Source: Trichoplax adhaerens
Taxonomy: Eukaryota; Animalia; Placozoa
Direction: 5' to 3'
Length of the DNA: 64,000 nt
NCBI RefSeq assembly: GCF_000150275.1
Contig: NW_002060943.1
Span: 11,160,878 to 11,224,877 of the forward strand
Shown: piece by piece, positions 1-13,900 of the stretch
Layout of the letters: each line of letters begins with the position of its first letter
Numbering within the stretch: position 1 is the first letter of the stretch
Made by a program: the position numbers and the translations under genes
The notes under the pieces: model-generated
The model's input: only the letters and a program-made list of their open reading frames with translations
Told to the model about the DNA's origin: nothing
Database searches by the model: none

Positions 1-77
1 TGGCTTAAAGCATTCAGTTTATCTAACTGCATATCTTAAACAAAACGCATTATCGTGCTACCAGCTGTTAAACTTAC

Positions 78-750
78 ATAAAATATCTTCTTCTTGTATT
101 TTTTGACAACGAGTTCGAATATCATTCAAAATTGCAAGACATTTCTTTAGTTGGCCTGAATTACCTAATAGAGATGCCATTTCGGCCAATATAAGAGTTT
201 CATTCGATGGATCATCTATTCGTCTAAAAATATCACGAGAATTCTTATAACAAGTTAAAGCCTGATTAAAATTATCAGACTTTGTCCAGCAATATCCAAG
301 TTTCGATAAAACAATCGCCTGCATATCGAGCTTTTTTATTTCTCTATATCCGCAAAGTGCTAGATCAAAATACATTATTGCTTCTGAAAATAAATTTAGG
401 GAAAGTTTGCTTAAGCCAATATTATAGTAAATTTCGAAGGTCAGCTCATCTTCCGTAGCCTTTTCTTCTGGTATGGCTTCCTTAAAGCGTTTTAATGCCT
501 CCTTATGTCGACCTTGCCTCGCATAACAAATTCCAGCTAAAAGTAAGCATTGATATTTTAATTTAATGTAAGTAACCTCTAGATTATCTGCCTTATCTAT
601 TGCTTCTTCAAATATTTCGATCGCTTTTTCAATGTTATCTTTTTTTAAATATTTTGATGCTCTGCGATATAAATTTACTACTTCCTTACGCTGTACCAAT
701 GCTGAATCGATTTTTATGTTCGCATTGCTAGTCTTGTTATCGAACTTCAT
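78..750 (-). CDS. TPR-repeat protein (TTC24-like), 5' coding exon; gene continues beyond the left edge of the window
   Basis: The ORF 58..750 encodes tandem TPR-like helices (AGICYARQGRHKEALKRFKEA; YYNIGLSKLSLNLFSEAIMYFDLAL; LSKLGYCWTKSDNFNQALTCY). A GTAAGT donor starts at 77 on the minus strand, so the real exon ends at 78. The PEEKA linker and repeat spacing resemble vertebrate TTC24 as I recall it. The frame stays open about 22 codons upstream of the ATG, so a further upstream exon is possible. Confidence 0.75.
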
Positions 751-1074
751 GATGTTATTGCTAATAATTTTATTACCCGCATTTAATGAAGAACTTCTTT
801 GCTGACGATGTGTAAGTTAACCAGAAAATATGCGTATGATTATCGCCTGACCACTTCTGTAGATAACGTTTATGATGTTATACATTCCATTAATAAGCCG
901 ATTATATGCTTGTAAGTTTAATGCGTATCGTTACTCACTATGGCTTCAATTGAGACTGTACTGTTCGAAATTCCATCGATTTACGCATACTGTATCAACT
1001 ATAATTTTATATTAGAACTATTTGCTCTGCCGGTGTATTTTCAGCCCATATTATATTTATAGACAAGTTTACTG

Positions 1075-1088
1075 GTTGCTACGGTAAC
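1075..1088. promoter_or_regulatory. RFX X-box-like palindrome upstream of the TPR gene
   Basis: GTTGCTACGGTAAC matches the X-box consensus GTNRCN-N0-3-RGYAAC. It lies inside the longer near-palindrome CTGGTTGCTACGGTAACCAG (1072-1091), about 325 bp upstream of the ATG at 750. Confidence 0.5.
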
Positions 1089-2498
1089 CAGATAAATCGT
1101 ATGTGACAGTACGTACTTTTTGTAAGACTACCATTACAGGGCGTGGCGAGCCCTCTAAAATGGTTGAAAGATACTCAGCTATAGTGTTGCCATAAATTGT
1201 ATCTTTAAATTGTGAAGAAATGGACTTTCAATTTGGCTCCAATTCCATACAGACAGATCAGTACAACATTGAGCAATTGGCTCTTGATATTTTGATTACT
1301 TTCTATCGCAGTATTGAATAATCCTATTTCTTTCAAGTTTCTAATATAAACTATTAGTCGCTTTTACATACTCGGTCGCTCCAAGCATTTTACAACTCAC
1401 GTCGTAATACTGGTCTATACAGTAGGGTGCGTTTAGTATGGCTTGACGCTATTAGTGGCACTGATGGCTAATTACCGTACAGTGTACTGTAGTGTTGTGC
1501 AATAGAGTGAAAAGGCAACCCGAACCCGATCAAATGGTTGATTTTTCTAGCCCAAAATGAGTGCAATTGCTATACAAACACTGTATCACTATAGAAATTT
1601 TTAACCCGAATCCCGCCCTCGAGTCGGGTTTAAATGGGGTTTCGTAGTAAATACATGAAGATACTGAACTAATTGAGTGCATGTACAGTATGCAGAACGC
1701 GATATTGAGGGCTGTACGAGTTTACTGTAGAGTATGGTACAGTACTTAGGGTATTCGCAGAATCGCGTAAAATTGTGATGCCCAACCAAAATTCAATATC
1801 CTTTACTTCATAGAAACGATTCTAATAACTAACCACGCTGAAGCTTACATACTTCATATTGACCATTTTATTTTATTTTATTCTTTATCTATAAATGTTA
1901 TAAATAAAGCACAGAATATATTACAAATTACATATTTAGATTCTTAGGATAACGTACAGATGATTGCATTTTGTTAAAAAGCAATGCGATAATTTATAAT
2001 TGGCAAGAAATATACAATTAATCTTTGTCAGTCCCTCGGATATTATCAGATAACTGTAGTTATGAATTGTGAGCTGCACCGGATTTGCATTTTCTCCACG
2101 TCGGATGTTTACTTTATAAGTCGTAGTAATTATAATTATATTAAGATTTCTTCTAAGAATCAGTGTAAATTAAGAGTTATCTTAAAGACTTGAACTCCAT
2201 AAAGGAACGATGTTACCTAAGGTTACACATCTTAAAGCAATAAGTTTTCCGCATAGTCTTCAGCATTTATATCACCACATAATTGCATGAAAGGCATTTA
2301 AGTTCACAATAACGCTTGTTCTACTGAAAATAAAATCTCATACAATTACTATGGGCCCAAAATTATGAAGATAATTGAGCGATATAGTGGTGAAAGCCGT
2401 CATAAAGAATGTATTAGGGCCTACACAAGGTTTTGCCGGAAGCTAACTCACTAATAGATACTGGGTCTTGCTGGAGTATTACTGTTAGGCCAGACATG

Positions 2499-5400
2499 TT
2501 AATGGCATTTACCATTAGCAATATATCTATGCGCATTACAAAAGTCGGCAATACGACAACAGGCAACTTTAAGCATATCTTCGGGTACGGTAAGAACAAT
2601 TCGGAAAAAGCCTTCATATGAGAAACACTGGAAGCGTATACACAAAGTTAGTTAATCTCAGTACGGCCTGAATAATAACAGCAAAATTTTAATCACAATT
2701 ACGCTATCATCTTACCCTTCCAGGTATACATGATACGGACTCATCTTCATAAAGCTTATGAGTAAACTCTAGATCACTTTCAAAGCCAGTAAACCGTTCA
2801 ATATCTATTCCGATCTATGTAATTGAATGAATTTTGATTAGAAAGGATGTGATATATACTTTATGTAAATCAAGAAGCTATAGGGTACACTTTTAAGAGT
2901 TAATCTGTAGGTTAAAGACTGAATTTATATTAGCGTCTACTTCAGATATCGTACCATCATATACATAGAGCCTTTAGGCATTATTGGGTTCAATCCATCG
3001 ATATTTTTCAATGAATTGTACGCAAGATGCGCATTTCCCTATTAATAATTAATTTAAGTAAATTATTCTAATTACACATCAACTACTAGGTTAAGCATAA
3101 TAACCGCCAGAAAATCGTATTTAACAATGTAAAGACAATAACCAAAGAACGGCAGGATACCTCAATTACTTTCATGACACTAGTGTAAAACTCTTGTGGA
3201 GTTTCTTTCAACATTTCAGGGATCGCTGCTTGGATAAGAGTATTTGGTCCTAAAATTCTTTGCGATAAGCTATGCAGAGCAGCACGAATCTAAAATTTTA
3301 AAGAGATTAATTAGCAATAAGCTGACGATCCACAAATTATCAGGTGTATATAAGGTACATTTCTTATATCTTACTGTTAACAATAGCTATAACTTTAACA
3401 CTAGCACCAGGCCTATGTAAGCAAATAATATAATAATGTTTTCTACGTCTGCCAAACCTCTTTAGAAAAAATTTCATTCCTGTCATGAATAAATATCCAA
3501 CCGAAGCGCCATCCAGGTACGACAAATCTAATTATAGAAATAAAATAATTAAACCTTATATTTAATACACAAAGAACAGGCTTTGCCCGTTATAGAGATC
3601 CAGTTACAAGATAACATGCAAGGACTCGCAAAAAAACATCATTCTGGATACGACGTTACAGTTTGCAATGTTAAAACCTCCAGCTTTTAGCTCTTGCTAA
3701 ATATCTACCTTTTGGCAATTCCCCCGCATGATAATATTGGCACGGTACTTGTTAGAGATGCAATCGGATAGAACGCAGCATCAGAGAATACCTGAGATTA
3801 AAATTTCGAAGCCAATTTTAGTTGATGTATTCTATAGCTGCTAAATAATAGCAAAAAGTAATTTTAATTTGTTCTCAATAATCATTCATTAATTAAATTA
3901 AAGGACTATATTTACATCTAAATAGAAAATAATGCTTAAAATACATTTCTGATTTTAATTTAGTATTCAGAATAATCATTGGCAGATTCGATGACAATTG
4001 CGCATACACTTTCGTAATACTAATACTGCATCTATAGATACGAAACATTATTTCATTATATTATATTTAACACTAATTGGATAGTAACTTAGATTCTAAT
4101 CAGCTAGATTGTGTACAGTTGCATGATTTGTATTCTAACCATGTCTCGATAAACCTCATCGGCAACAATAGGAATTTTAAATTGTTCGGCAACTAACCAA
4201 GTATACAAGAAAAAGAATCGTGTTAAATGCCTTACTCTATTTCGTAAAGCGATCTTATACTACTGAATATCTAAATTATAGCATTACGCTATACTCAATA
4301 TACCTTGTAATATTTCCTGCAGATGGTCCCTCGAGAATACAGACCCACAAGGATTTGAAGGATTAATAATTACTATAGCGCGTGTTCGGTCATCGATGAG
4401 TGAAATCATATGTTGTATATCAACTTCCCAATCTCGTTCAGGCTGAAGCCAAGAATTACAATAATAGAAAAACAATAATCATATCAACGAATTTTATCTA
4501 GGACTGGAAAAGGCCACCATTCAAATTGTTCAGTAAAAGTCAATATTTTGGATCAATTCTTTCATTTAGCTACAAAAACTTATGATGTTATTATGTTGTT
4601 TAGTAGATCAAATCAAGTTCGTAGTTTAATAATTTATAGTATCACAATACAGTAACTAAATTACATTTGGGCTACGTACTGTATTGCACAGTTGCCCGGT
4701 ACGTATGTAACCTGTGTCGGTCTTTACTATTAAGTATTGTAGTCTATTTGCGTCGGTATTGCTTATGGCAACAATATAAACTCTTTCGATTATGTGACTG
4801 CGGCTATAGATAGAAAAGCCTATGGTCACCTACCATCAATTTATAAAGCTTCACATCTATGTGCAATCCTTTTAGAAGTGTAGAGTACAACGCGAAACCG
4901 GGCATAGGTGAAAGAATGTTATCACCAGCATTGACCAAACCGGTTAGCGCTATTTCGATAGCACCAGAGCACCCACTAGTCAAGATAACGTCCTATTTAC
5001 AAAAATTCATAATATTCATTTATTTAAGTTAATATCAGTTCAGACGCAATTAATTATGCATTATGTCAAAGTATATACACACTGTATTGCATAATAATTA
5101 AAATATGACTATAAAAGCTTAACTTTACTCTATTGCCACTACGGGAAAGTCTTGTTAAATTTCAAAAACGACAATTACAACATTATCACAGCTAGAGCAG
5201 ACAGACAATACATGAATATAGTACTGTACGTACAGTATACATATCTACACAATCCAATATTTTAACGCAGAATTACAGTACAATATAACTATGAAAGTCG
5301 ACTTTTTGAAATGGCGTTATTAAGGATATTTTTGTGAAAATTGTTAGGATTTGAAGTATAAAACATTATTTTAATATGTCAGCAGACTACCGCTTTCGCT

Positions 5401-6237
5401 AACTACAGATTATTTTATCGAATTATGGATGTGGCTACCGATTACAGTCAAAATATAACTGTCTATACTTACATTGCCAGTGAATTCCATTCCAGACCTG
5501 GAGTAAAATTTTGCCAGGGCATCACGCGTTTTTTTATATCCTTTAACATAAGGAATACGAAAGAAGTTATCATCAACGCTAATATTTAAAACTCCGATAC
5601 TTGATAACGTAAAACATACCAATCGCACAAAAACTGTTTTGTCAACTCTCAATTTTCGCAAAGAGATTATATCTATAAAATTGTCTTGAGTTACTAAGTT
5701 CCCCCAACGCTGTAAAGTAGCACAGAATGCCTAACTATTCTCAATGTATACGTTATAATTCTCAACTTACCAATAGATGGGCTGTAACCATTGTTAGCGC
5801 ATGTCAAAGTGGCTTTGGTTACTGCGTTTATAGCAGATTCTGGGGGCTGCAAATTACCAAAAATAGTGGGATCCCCTATGAAATAATACAAAATTAAATC
5901 ATATTAATTAATTCGCAAAGACTGGAGCGATACATAAAAATTATTTCTTCTCTCAAAATAAGACGAATACGGTACGGTACGTACGAGCTAGGTGTACAGC
6001 AGTCGTATTTTATTCCACTTCTAACATATACTGTACACGATGACAAATTGACTACGTATCAAAATAACAACGCATTTTCAAGGTAAGCATGAATTAAATG
6101 AAAAATGTACCAATGTTTAACGGTATCAAAGTTTTGGCTTGGTTCGGTTTCGCTGGAAGACTTTCGACATATTTTCGAATAGGATTGAAAGTGTTGCGTG
6201 CTAAGAATGAAGACTTGACTTCCCAGTTTTTCGACAT
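2499..6237 (-). CDS. TAT: Tyrosine aminotransferase (PLP-dependent class I aminotransferase), about 12 coding exons
   Basis: Spliced translation: [115 protein letters not shown] (PLP lysine)/[60 protein letters not shown]. Exons are approximately 6111-6237, 5771-5875, 5473-5540, 4832-4993, 4303-4444, 4139-4191, 3708-3792, 3458-3527, 3161-3289, 2954-3038, 2716-2814 and 2499-2626, with GT-AG junctions. Confidence 0.96.
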
Positions 6238-6269
6238 CTTCTTTTTTCGTTATCTTCTTTTTTCGTTAT
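6238..6269 (-). repeat. Perfect 16-bp direct duplication in the TAT 5' leader
   Basis: The minus strand reads TTGCAG|ATAACGAAAAAAGAAG ATAACGAAAAAAGAAG ATG, so the two copies fill the space between a splice acceptor and the TAT start codon. Confidence 0.9.
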
Positions 6270-6713
6270 CTGCAACAAAGACGCACCATTTTAGAGTAAA
6301 GATAAAAAGGATTACGTTAACTCAAAATTTTCACACCAAGGTACTTTTTGTAGGTTGTAAAAGGACTAACAAGGTGTCAAGATCGTATCAATAAAAAAAT
6401 AAATATTGTGTGTAATTCTCCTAGGGTTGGTTCAGTTACTCCTACAGACGAAATTGCCTATGATTTTCCGTTATAGTTTTTACTGATAGAGATGGCAAAC
6501 TTACCATGCATAGGACCATCAAAATATACTTTACTGTGTACGTATTAAGAAGCAAATTACAGTGTGGACCTTTACGTGTTCTATTTTTAATCTATCATTG
6601 ATTCTAAAATCTATATATAGGGTGGTCTCCAGAACGGCATAGTATACTGTACAGCATGATTGTTTACTTCTATTACTTCGGTCAAACACGTTGATGACCG
6701 TTTGGCGCTAAGT

Positions 6714-6728
6714 GGGGGCGGGGCGGAG
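6714..6728. promoter_or_regulatory. Tandem GC box (Sp/KLF-type) upstream of the TAT leader exon
   Basis: GGGGGCGGGGCGGAG occurs in very AT-rich DNA, about 210 bp upstream of the ATG|GTAAGT donor at 6504. Confidence 0.45.
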
Positions 6729-8348
6729 TATGTGTTGTCTACGGAAAACAGTACAGTACTATTAACATTAAGGTGAGCGATCATACTGCAACATCTGTGC
6801 TATGAATGACTTTGGAAAGAAATTGTAGTAGGTAGCTAACATATGGAGACATCATTCCTACATTTCATTGTAGTAGAATGATTTACAAGTTCGCTAGATG
6901 TACATTATACATAAGTCATGACGGTATCACTAGTTTGTCAAATGCAGTGTGTTGCGATTAAATGCATGGGTTACATGAACAGTATCCAGTTGGTTAATAG
7001 AATGAAATTGAGAAATTAGAATTATTTCCTAGCAATAATTCTGCAGTGTTGTAATAAATAGTAAAGCACATTACGCGATAAGAAAACTGTAACTTACACC
7101 AATATTGAACATAACTATACTCGTACAGTAATTTAATATAAATACTAACTCCTGTGTTAGCATAGTGTAGAACTAATACAAAACTGCTCACTAATATACC
7201 GCATATAAAGCATATACTGTACTGCATCGTGAATGTGCGATTCGACTAATTAATTTAAGGGAACAAGTACCATACTGTACTAAATGGCACATCTATCGAT
7301 GATACAGTGAAATCAAAGGAACATTTATAATCAATATTAGAGACGGTTTCGGATTCAATATTTGAATATTTTTAAGTAACTTCGATCCGAATTTACCGCA
7401 TAGTTTACTTTCTTACGGCTTCTATTTTCAAGAACTTGGCCCACTGAGTAGCGCTGTAAAAATGCTGTAAACAACCAGTAACTTGTTACAGTTAAATACC
7501 TGTATATGCACATGAATGAACTGTAACCGTGAATGCGTTTGTAAACCAAGGTTACTGAAAGAATATCTACTGTGTTTTGTAATCTTAGCCCTAGGATCTC
7601 TTCAAGAAACTGACAATTAAATTGCACTGTACACGATAAAATCCACAGTTAACCTATATACTAGTATAGGAAATACTGTTCTGTATAGTTGAGTTGTTGA
7701 TAAAACAGTTTCTAGGTCAGAGCTCAGAGCTAAAAGAGAATCTCAATTAGCATACGATATGCAGTGTACTGTACAGTACTAGTGTACTACCTGGTACAGT
7801 ACAGTAGTATACTAAGTTATAGTAGTAGCTGTTAGTAGACTACTGTATATGAATCGAATATTGAAAACAACACTACGGAGACTAGTCTACTCTACTGTAG
7901 AGCAAGAAGCAATAGTACAGTAGCATAGTGTGTGCTTTTAAATTGTTTTCAGGTTGGCAGTAGTAATGTAGAGCGATATTTCCGTAGTTATTAGCAAACC
8001 AGCAATAAATCTATGATGAATCATTACTGAATTTACTGTACTGTACTGTATTGCAGAAGCAGCTTACCGCAATCAGCTAGGCTCCTAAATGAATGATGCG
8101 GACTAATCCAAATTCCTCTCTTGATGCACTTGAAGGTAGACCAAGGATGATCGATTAAATTGATCAAAAGCAGTACGGCACCTTGTAGTTACAAGATAAC
8201 TCCAAGAAGCTTCAGATACTTTAATAAAATCAATCAAAGTGAGTTCAAAGGGAACGCTGCGAAGAAAGTGTTGTGAAATACAATTCAATCTGCAAGCTTT
8301 ACACGTACAGTCAGACTAATCTATATAGAGCTTTTTTAGGACGTTAAA

Positions 8349-9119
8349 TACAGTACTGAACTTTTGCATAGCGACGGTGTACAGTACAGTACAGTACAGT
8401 ATGTGTAATTGTACAGTACTGTACACTGTACAGTACAATCAGTCATGAATCTCATGATGCAATTTAATGCAATAATGCAGAACAGTACAGTACTGTACAG
8501 CTAAAGACTCTAAGCCTCCAACAAGTACTGTACAGTACTTTTCAGACATTCATCAGACTTTGCGATATTGTACTGTACACTGTACAGCACATTTGTAAAC
8601 AAATTGCCACTTTGATACTTTTGACAGTACGGTTACTCTTTTGATCTATCGTTTAATTTTTGTTATTATATTAACATATACAGTATATATATTAATATCA
8701 ACCATGTTATCAACCAACAGCAACCTGACTCATTCACCAATTGCAAAGTTAACATGAATAATGATAATCAAAGCTTTGACTCGGTGACTTCGTTGTACAG
8801 TACTGTACTGTACATGCACAAAGTCGGTTTGCTGGTACTGTATGGAAAATACTGTACAGTACAGTACTGTATTAGAAAATCCTCCCACACTTTTGTTCTC
8901 TACTGTACAATTGTACTGTACTGTACATACGGTAGGTAATCTTTACCATACGGTACCTTACATGTACAGTACAGTACAGTACAGTACACACTACTGCAGT
9001 AATAACTGCTACAGTACTGCGCTGTAAATACTGTACAGTACAATACAGTGTACTGTAGACCAGCGAGTTCAACTACTGTACACTGTACAGTACTGTACAC
9101 TGTACAGTAGTGTACAGTA
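8349..9119. repeat. CAGTA/TACTG pentamer-rich palindromic low-complexity tract (TAT/GPCR divergent region)
   Basis: Dozens of TACAG/CAGTA/TACTG units and TACAGTACTGTA palindromes, for example at 8379-8437, 8795-8812, 8848-8870, 8963-8990 and 9074-9119. They produce the spurious YSTVQYCTV ORFs in the track. Confidence 0.9.
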
Positions 9120-9559
9120 TTGCGAAATCAAATCAAATTTATTTAGATGCAGTATGACGCAGCATGCCGCATGCCGAGTTACTGTAATAAGTGTCTATGT
9201 GGCGTGTTACCTGAAATCAGAAATAGGTGACCTCACGCACGTCAAAAAAACATCAAGTGATGTCCTGTTTAATTTATTTTAATGGTGCAATACGGATTGC
9301 ATGAGTAATCCGAGTTTTCATTTAGGGATTTATGTACGGTACTAGAGATACAAATATCAACGCTACTTAGTCAAGCCAGAGATTATCCATTTTTCAAGTT
9401 TTAATGGCGTCCAAGCACGATACGTCGTCTACTGTACAGGGTAGAGCAGCACATTACTGTCTGGAAGTCAAAATCAAAGGGCATTTGCTTAATTGGAAAT
9501 GATTGAATCAATCTATCCTTTGTGATTACAAAACACAAGGACTTCAAGATGGAGCTCAC

Positions 9560-9740
9560 AGTATGATCTACGCGTGAAAAAGCGCGCACTGATTGGTAGC
9601 GGTAAATCAGGCGATTATTGGTTCCTCGATTCGGACAAGGCCCCCGGCCTCGCCATGTGACCTCCATTTGTCGCTTTATAATAACTTTTATAACGTATTA
9701 TCAAAAATAACCTTGATACGTAGTCCCGCCCGCTTATGCT
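9560..9740. promoter_or_regulatory. Probable promoter segment (ATTGG/CCAAT boxes, GC box, CG-rich words)
   Basis: The segment contains ACGCGTGAAAAAGCGCGC, two ATTGG (about 9592 and 9616) and TCCCGCCCGC (about 9724). A strong plus-strand acceptor, a long T run then CAG, follows and ends at 9815. Confidence 0.35.
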
Positions 9741-10454
9741 CTCATTATATTATATTACTAACAGTACAGTGTACATTATATTTATTATTAATTAATTAAT
9801 TTTTTTTTTTTTCAGGATGTATATGTCACGGTCCAACTACATACAGTACTATTGTACAGTATATTTGTATTTGCTTCAAATTAGCAACGAAATAGTATAG
9901 AATAGTATTTACGTGTCTATGTCGTTGTAATAAGTATTATATATATATGACATATACACACACTTCATCGTCCATCAAGGAGCTTCTGTCATAGTTTGGC
10001 TGCTACGAGTGCTATTTCATCTAGCTCTTAGCTCTCTACTGTCACGAATAATGATATATTTAGTATACTGTAGTGTAAATATTGTACAGCATTGTATCAG
10101 AGCAGCTCACTGTTAAGCCCTACCCCACATCAGAAACCTTGACACTGGGATCTACCCCACACCCCATATTGTATTGTTCTCGAAACTTCTTAGCACGAGC
10201 TGTATATACATTGTACAGTACTATGTAATCATCAATCGGCAGGCATCTGCGATGACTGACAATAGCAGTAGGCTTGGGCCATCAATCAGTTAATGACTAC
10301 GGTTTAATTTATACACATTATAACTGTCATAATATTACTGTATCGATATATATATATGTCATATAAATACTGCATACTGTACTGCATATTAACGGATGCC
10401 ATTGGGTACTTCGATGATGTTGGAGACTGATAGATAATGATATTAAATTAGGAA

Positions 10455-10949
10455 NNNNNNNNNNNNNNNNNNNNNNNNNNNNNNNNNNNNNNNNNNNNNN
10501 NNNNNNNNNNNNNNNNNNNNNNNNNNNNNNNNNNNNNNNNNNNNNNNNNNNNNNNNNNNNNNNNNNNNNNNNNNNNNNNNNNNNNNNNNNNNNNNNNNNN
10601 NNNNNNNNNNNNNNNNNNNNNNNNNNNNNNNNNNNNNNNNNNNNNNNNNNNNNNNNNNNNNNNNNNNNNNNNNNNNNNNNNNNNNNNNNNNNNNNNNNNN
10701 NNNNNNNNNNNNNNNNNNNNNNNNNNNNNNNNNNNNNNNNNNNNNNNNNNNNNNNNNNNNNNNNNNNNNNNNNNNNNNNNNNNNNNNNNNNNNNNNNNNN
10801 NNNNNNNNNNNNNNNNNNNNNNNNNNNNNNNNNNNNNNNNNNNNNNNNNNNNNNNNNNNNNNNNNNNNNNNNNNNNNNNNNNNNNNNNNNNNNNNNNNNN
10901 NNNNNNNNNNNNNNNNNNNNNNNNNNNNNNNNNNNNNNNNNNNNNNNNN
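10455..10949. other. Assembly gap (495 N)
   Basis: Run of n characters in the sequence. Confidence 1.
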
Positions 10950-13900
10950 GTTTTTGAAGTGTAATAGTATAGCTCTGTAATAGGTAGATCGCAGTATTAT
11001 TTGACTGTCATCATTGATTATCTAAACTAAACTGGTTCTTTTCTTTAAAATGCCCAACGGCACCGTCGAAAACTGTACATGTACAAGATGAGTTATTTAA
11101 TTACGATCGATGCGCTCGCTACTATAGGTGCATTTTGCACCATAGCAAACTGTATTAATTTTTGACTGCATTAATAATAATCAGGATAATCTTCTTTAAT
11201 TACTATTATCACTTGATACGTACATTATAATGCGATACGTAAGTATGCAAACCGGTTTAATACATATACGTGTATATGTACGGCGAATTCACTTTATGCT
11301 CAATTGTTTGTGCTTATGCTATTCCGTACTACGGTAGTGTAGTCTGGGTACGTCCGCTTCCACTAAAAATCTCCTTTACCTTTCTCAAAAATTGTACAAG
11401 TCACTTCGAGACACTGTATGCTATCGTCGAATACTATAATTTACTACCAATCCTTTAATCCCATAGTTATTAAGATTTACATACAGAAATAGTATCGATA
11501 CTGTATCCAACCTTTATAACATTAAGGCAGTGGTGGTACCGCAAATTTCAGTGATAGAGTAGTTAACGTATTGCTATTTTACTATTACATTTCATATTTC
11601 AGAGCCACTCCATTATACTATACTATGTGCAAGGATTAGAGCTATTTGACACATGACGGGATTACATAGTGCATATTACTAACTTTTTGATATTTATTAA
11701 TAACATGTAAAAGCTGAGAATGTACTGATTAAAGTTGCACTACATCATTTTTGTATTCTACAAGGCCTGAGAGACTAAGATACAATATATCCGTCCTCTG
11801 AAGGTGTAAAAATGCACGCAAAAATTAATTAATAAAATAGTGGGTTGGCTTATAAATATTTCAACTGTAACAGCTATACAGCAGAAAGACATAAACAGTT
11901 TGTTAGCAGCAACAAATAAGCGGCTGTGCGGTTTTAGTTCGCATACTATAGTAATAAACATTGATTATGACCGTGTTCACACCTTCACCTATTTTGCAGC
12001 CTAAGTGCATAAATTGATTTCATTATTTTGGTAAGCTGTAAGGCAGTTTTAATTGGGTCCATCAATTTTTTATTTAAATTCTATAATTATCAATAAAACT
12101 TTGTTACATATGGCTAACTTTTCGTAAATGGTTGGGCTTAAACTTTAATCCACAGTATGTTATTCCAGATAAGACATAATCAAAGTAATTTTATTTATTA
12201 ATTATTGATACCATGAATCAATAATAAATGACTTGTAGTAAATTATCCAATAACAGACATCTCTATTTCGCGTAAGCAATGTAACAGGACATAGTAAATT
12301 ACTTCGAGATTGATAACATGCTTTACTTCTACCCTACATATTACAGGAAGAGAAAGATAATGTTAAATTTTTACGTTTTTAATTGCTGATTATTCAGTAA
12401 CTAATACGAGAGAATTGTTAGGTACACCCATGACCTCGGAGATAGGTCAATTCCTAATCACAAAGGGGATGCATTTATTAGAAAAAGAGCTGACGTCATA
12501 CGTAAAATACTTGTTTATTAATTTTTATTGATACTGAATATTGAAATTTTTTATAATATGATATAAAAAATGAGTAATTGTAGCAATTAGCACAAGTCTT
12601 CTGGAACTGTTTTTCTTGTACAAAATTGCTATATACAGGTATCAGCACGAGGTAAGCTATTACGCTTAGATATTTGAGATAATACAAAGGTCCTTTATTA
12701 AAATAGGACATACATAATCCTACCATTATCATTACAAGTATCATTAGTGGCGACCAGTAAGAATCAAATGGTAATTATCTAGCAATAGGTGAAACTTTCT
12801 AGACTCAATTTACGAGATGTTAAAAGCAACAGTAATAAAATTCAATTCAATATCAGTAGCTCCAACAGAAACCAATGATGCAGCAATGCAGTCTATATGC
12901 TTGCCTACTCAAATATAGTAAGCGAGCTGAGAAATACACCAACCAAATTAGGATATCTAGAAAGTGATATATTAGATGCCGTAGCATCTTAACGGTACCT
13001 TCAAGAGATTATAAGATCATAAGGCGATTTTAATATCTTAAAATCGATAAACTGGACATCAAATTATTCTATCGTGTTAAATGCGTCTTGATGGCTTTGT
13101 CTTGGTAGTTATTTTACAAAATTGTGAGTTATTACTCGTAATTAGAGTTAGATACCACCAAATAAGCTGTTCAGATACAGTAAATCGTTAATTAGTGTAT
13201 TGTAGGGATGCAGAACTGCAAAAAATTTTAGATTCAATAATGAAGATTTTAATATATCTCTTGACGCTAGCAATAGAAAATTGTCAGTGTTGGGCTCGAT
13301 GTTTACAAACGAACAGCAGATAGCTACTAATAAAGTCATGTTAATAGCAAAAATACTACTTTTCTCTATGTGTAGACGTAAGCTTTTGATATACATATTT
13401 TCACACTTTGAAACCTTTCAATCTTTAATTCTATCACAACAATAAAGTTTAGATGTTAGCTGAATGCTCTAGCTAATCTATTGTGTATTATGACTTTGTT
13501 ATAGCAATATAAATTATACATATAAAATGTGATTAACTGATAAAAATGCGTGAATATAACTTTATGTCCACAATGCAGTGTTGCTATGTTGATAATGAAG
13601 CTGTCTATTCTGTGAAGATATAGACGTATGATACCGGCTATCCAAGCCAGAAAATTTAGATCATTCACTTATGAATATAAAGTTAAACTTATAAAAAAAA
13701 CTCTTTTAATAAAATACCGTAACTAAAGCTAACATAGACTAAATTAATCAACCAACATTAAGTTAAACTATTTCTTTTGCTTAGCCACACTAATTTATTT
13801 TTAAATTTTATAACATTTTGTGTAATTACACATTATTCTATTTTGGTTCAGATATGTAACGCTAATTTACTCTTGTAACATGCAATATTTGTGCGATCGT

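Noticed and set aside
3039-3160. U12-type intron in TAT (5' end GTATCCTG)
   Set aside because: The donor departs from GTATCCTT at +8, there is no good TCCTTAAC branch site at the expected distance from the acceptor, and the intron is phase 0. It is most likely U2-type; an intronIC-style score would settle it.
8754-9100. Overlapping ORFs rich in Y/S/T/V/Q/C (also 21804-22226, 47966-48452 and 63488-63679)
   Set aside because: They are translations of CAGTA/TACTG repeats, which lack stop codons in several frames, and are not genuine proteins.
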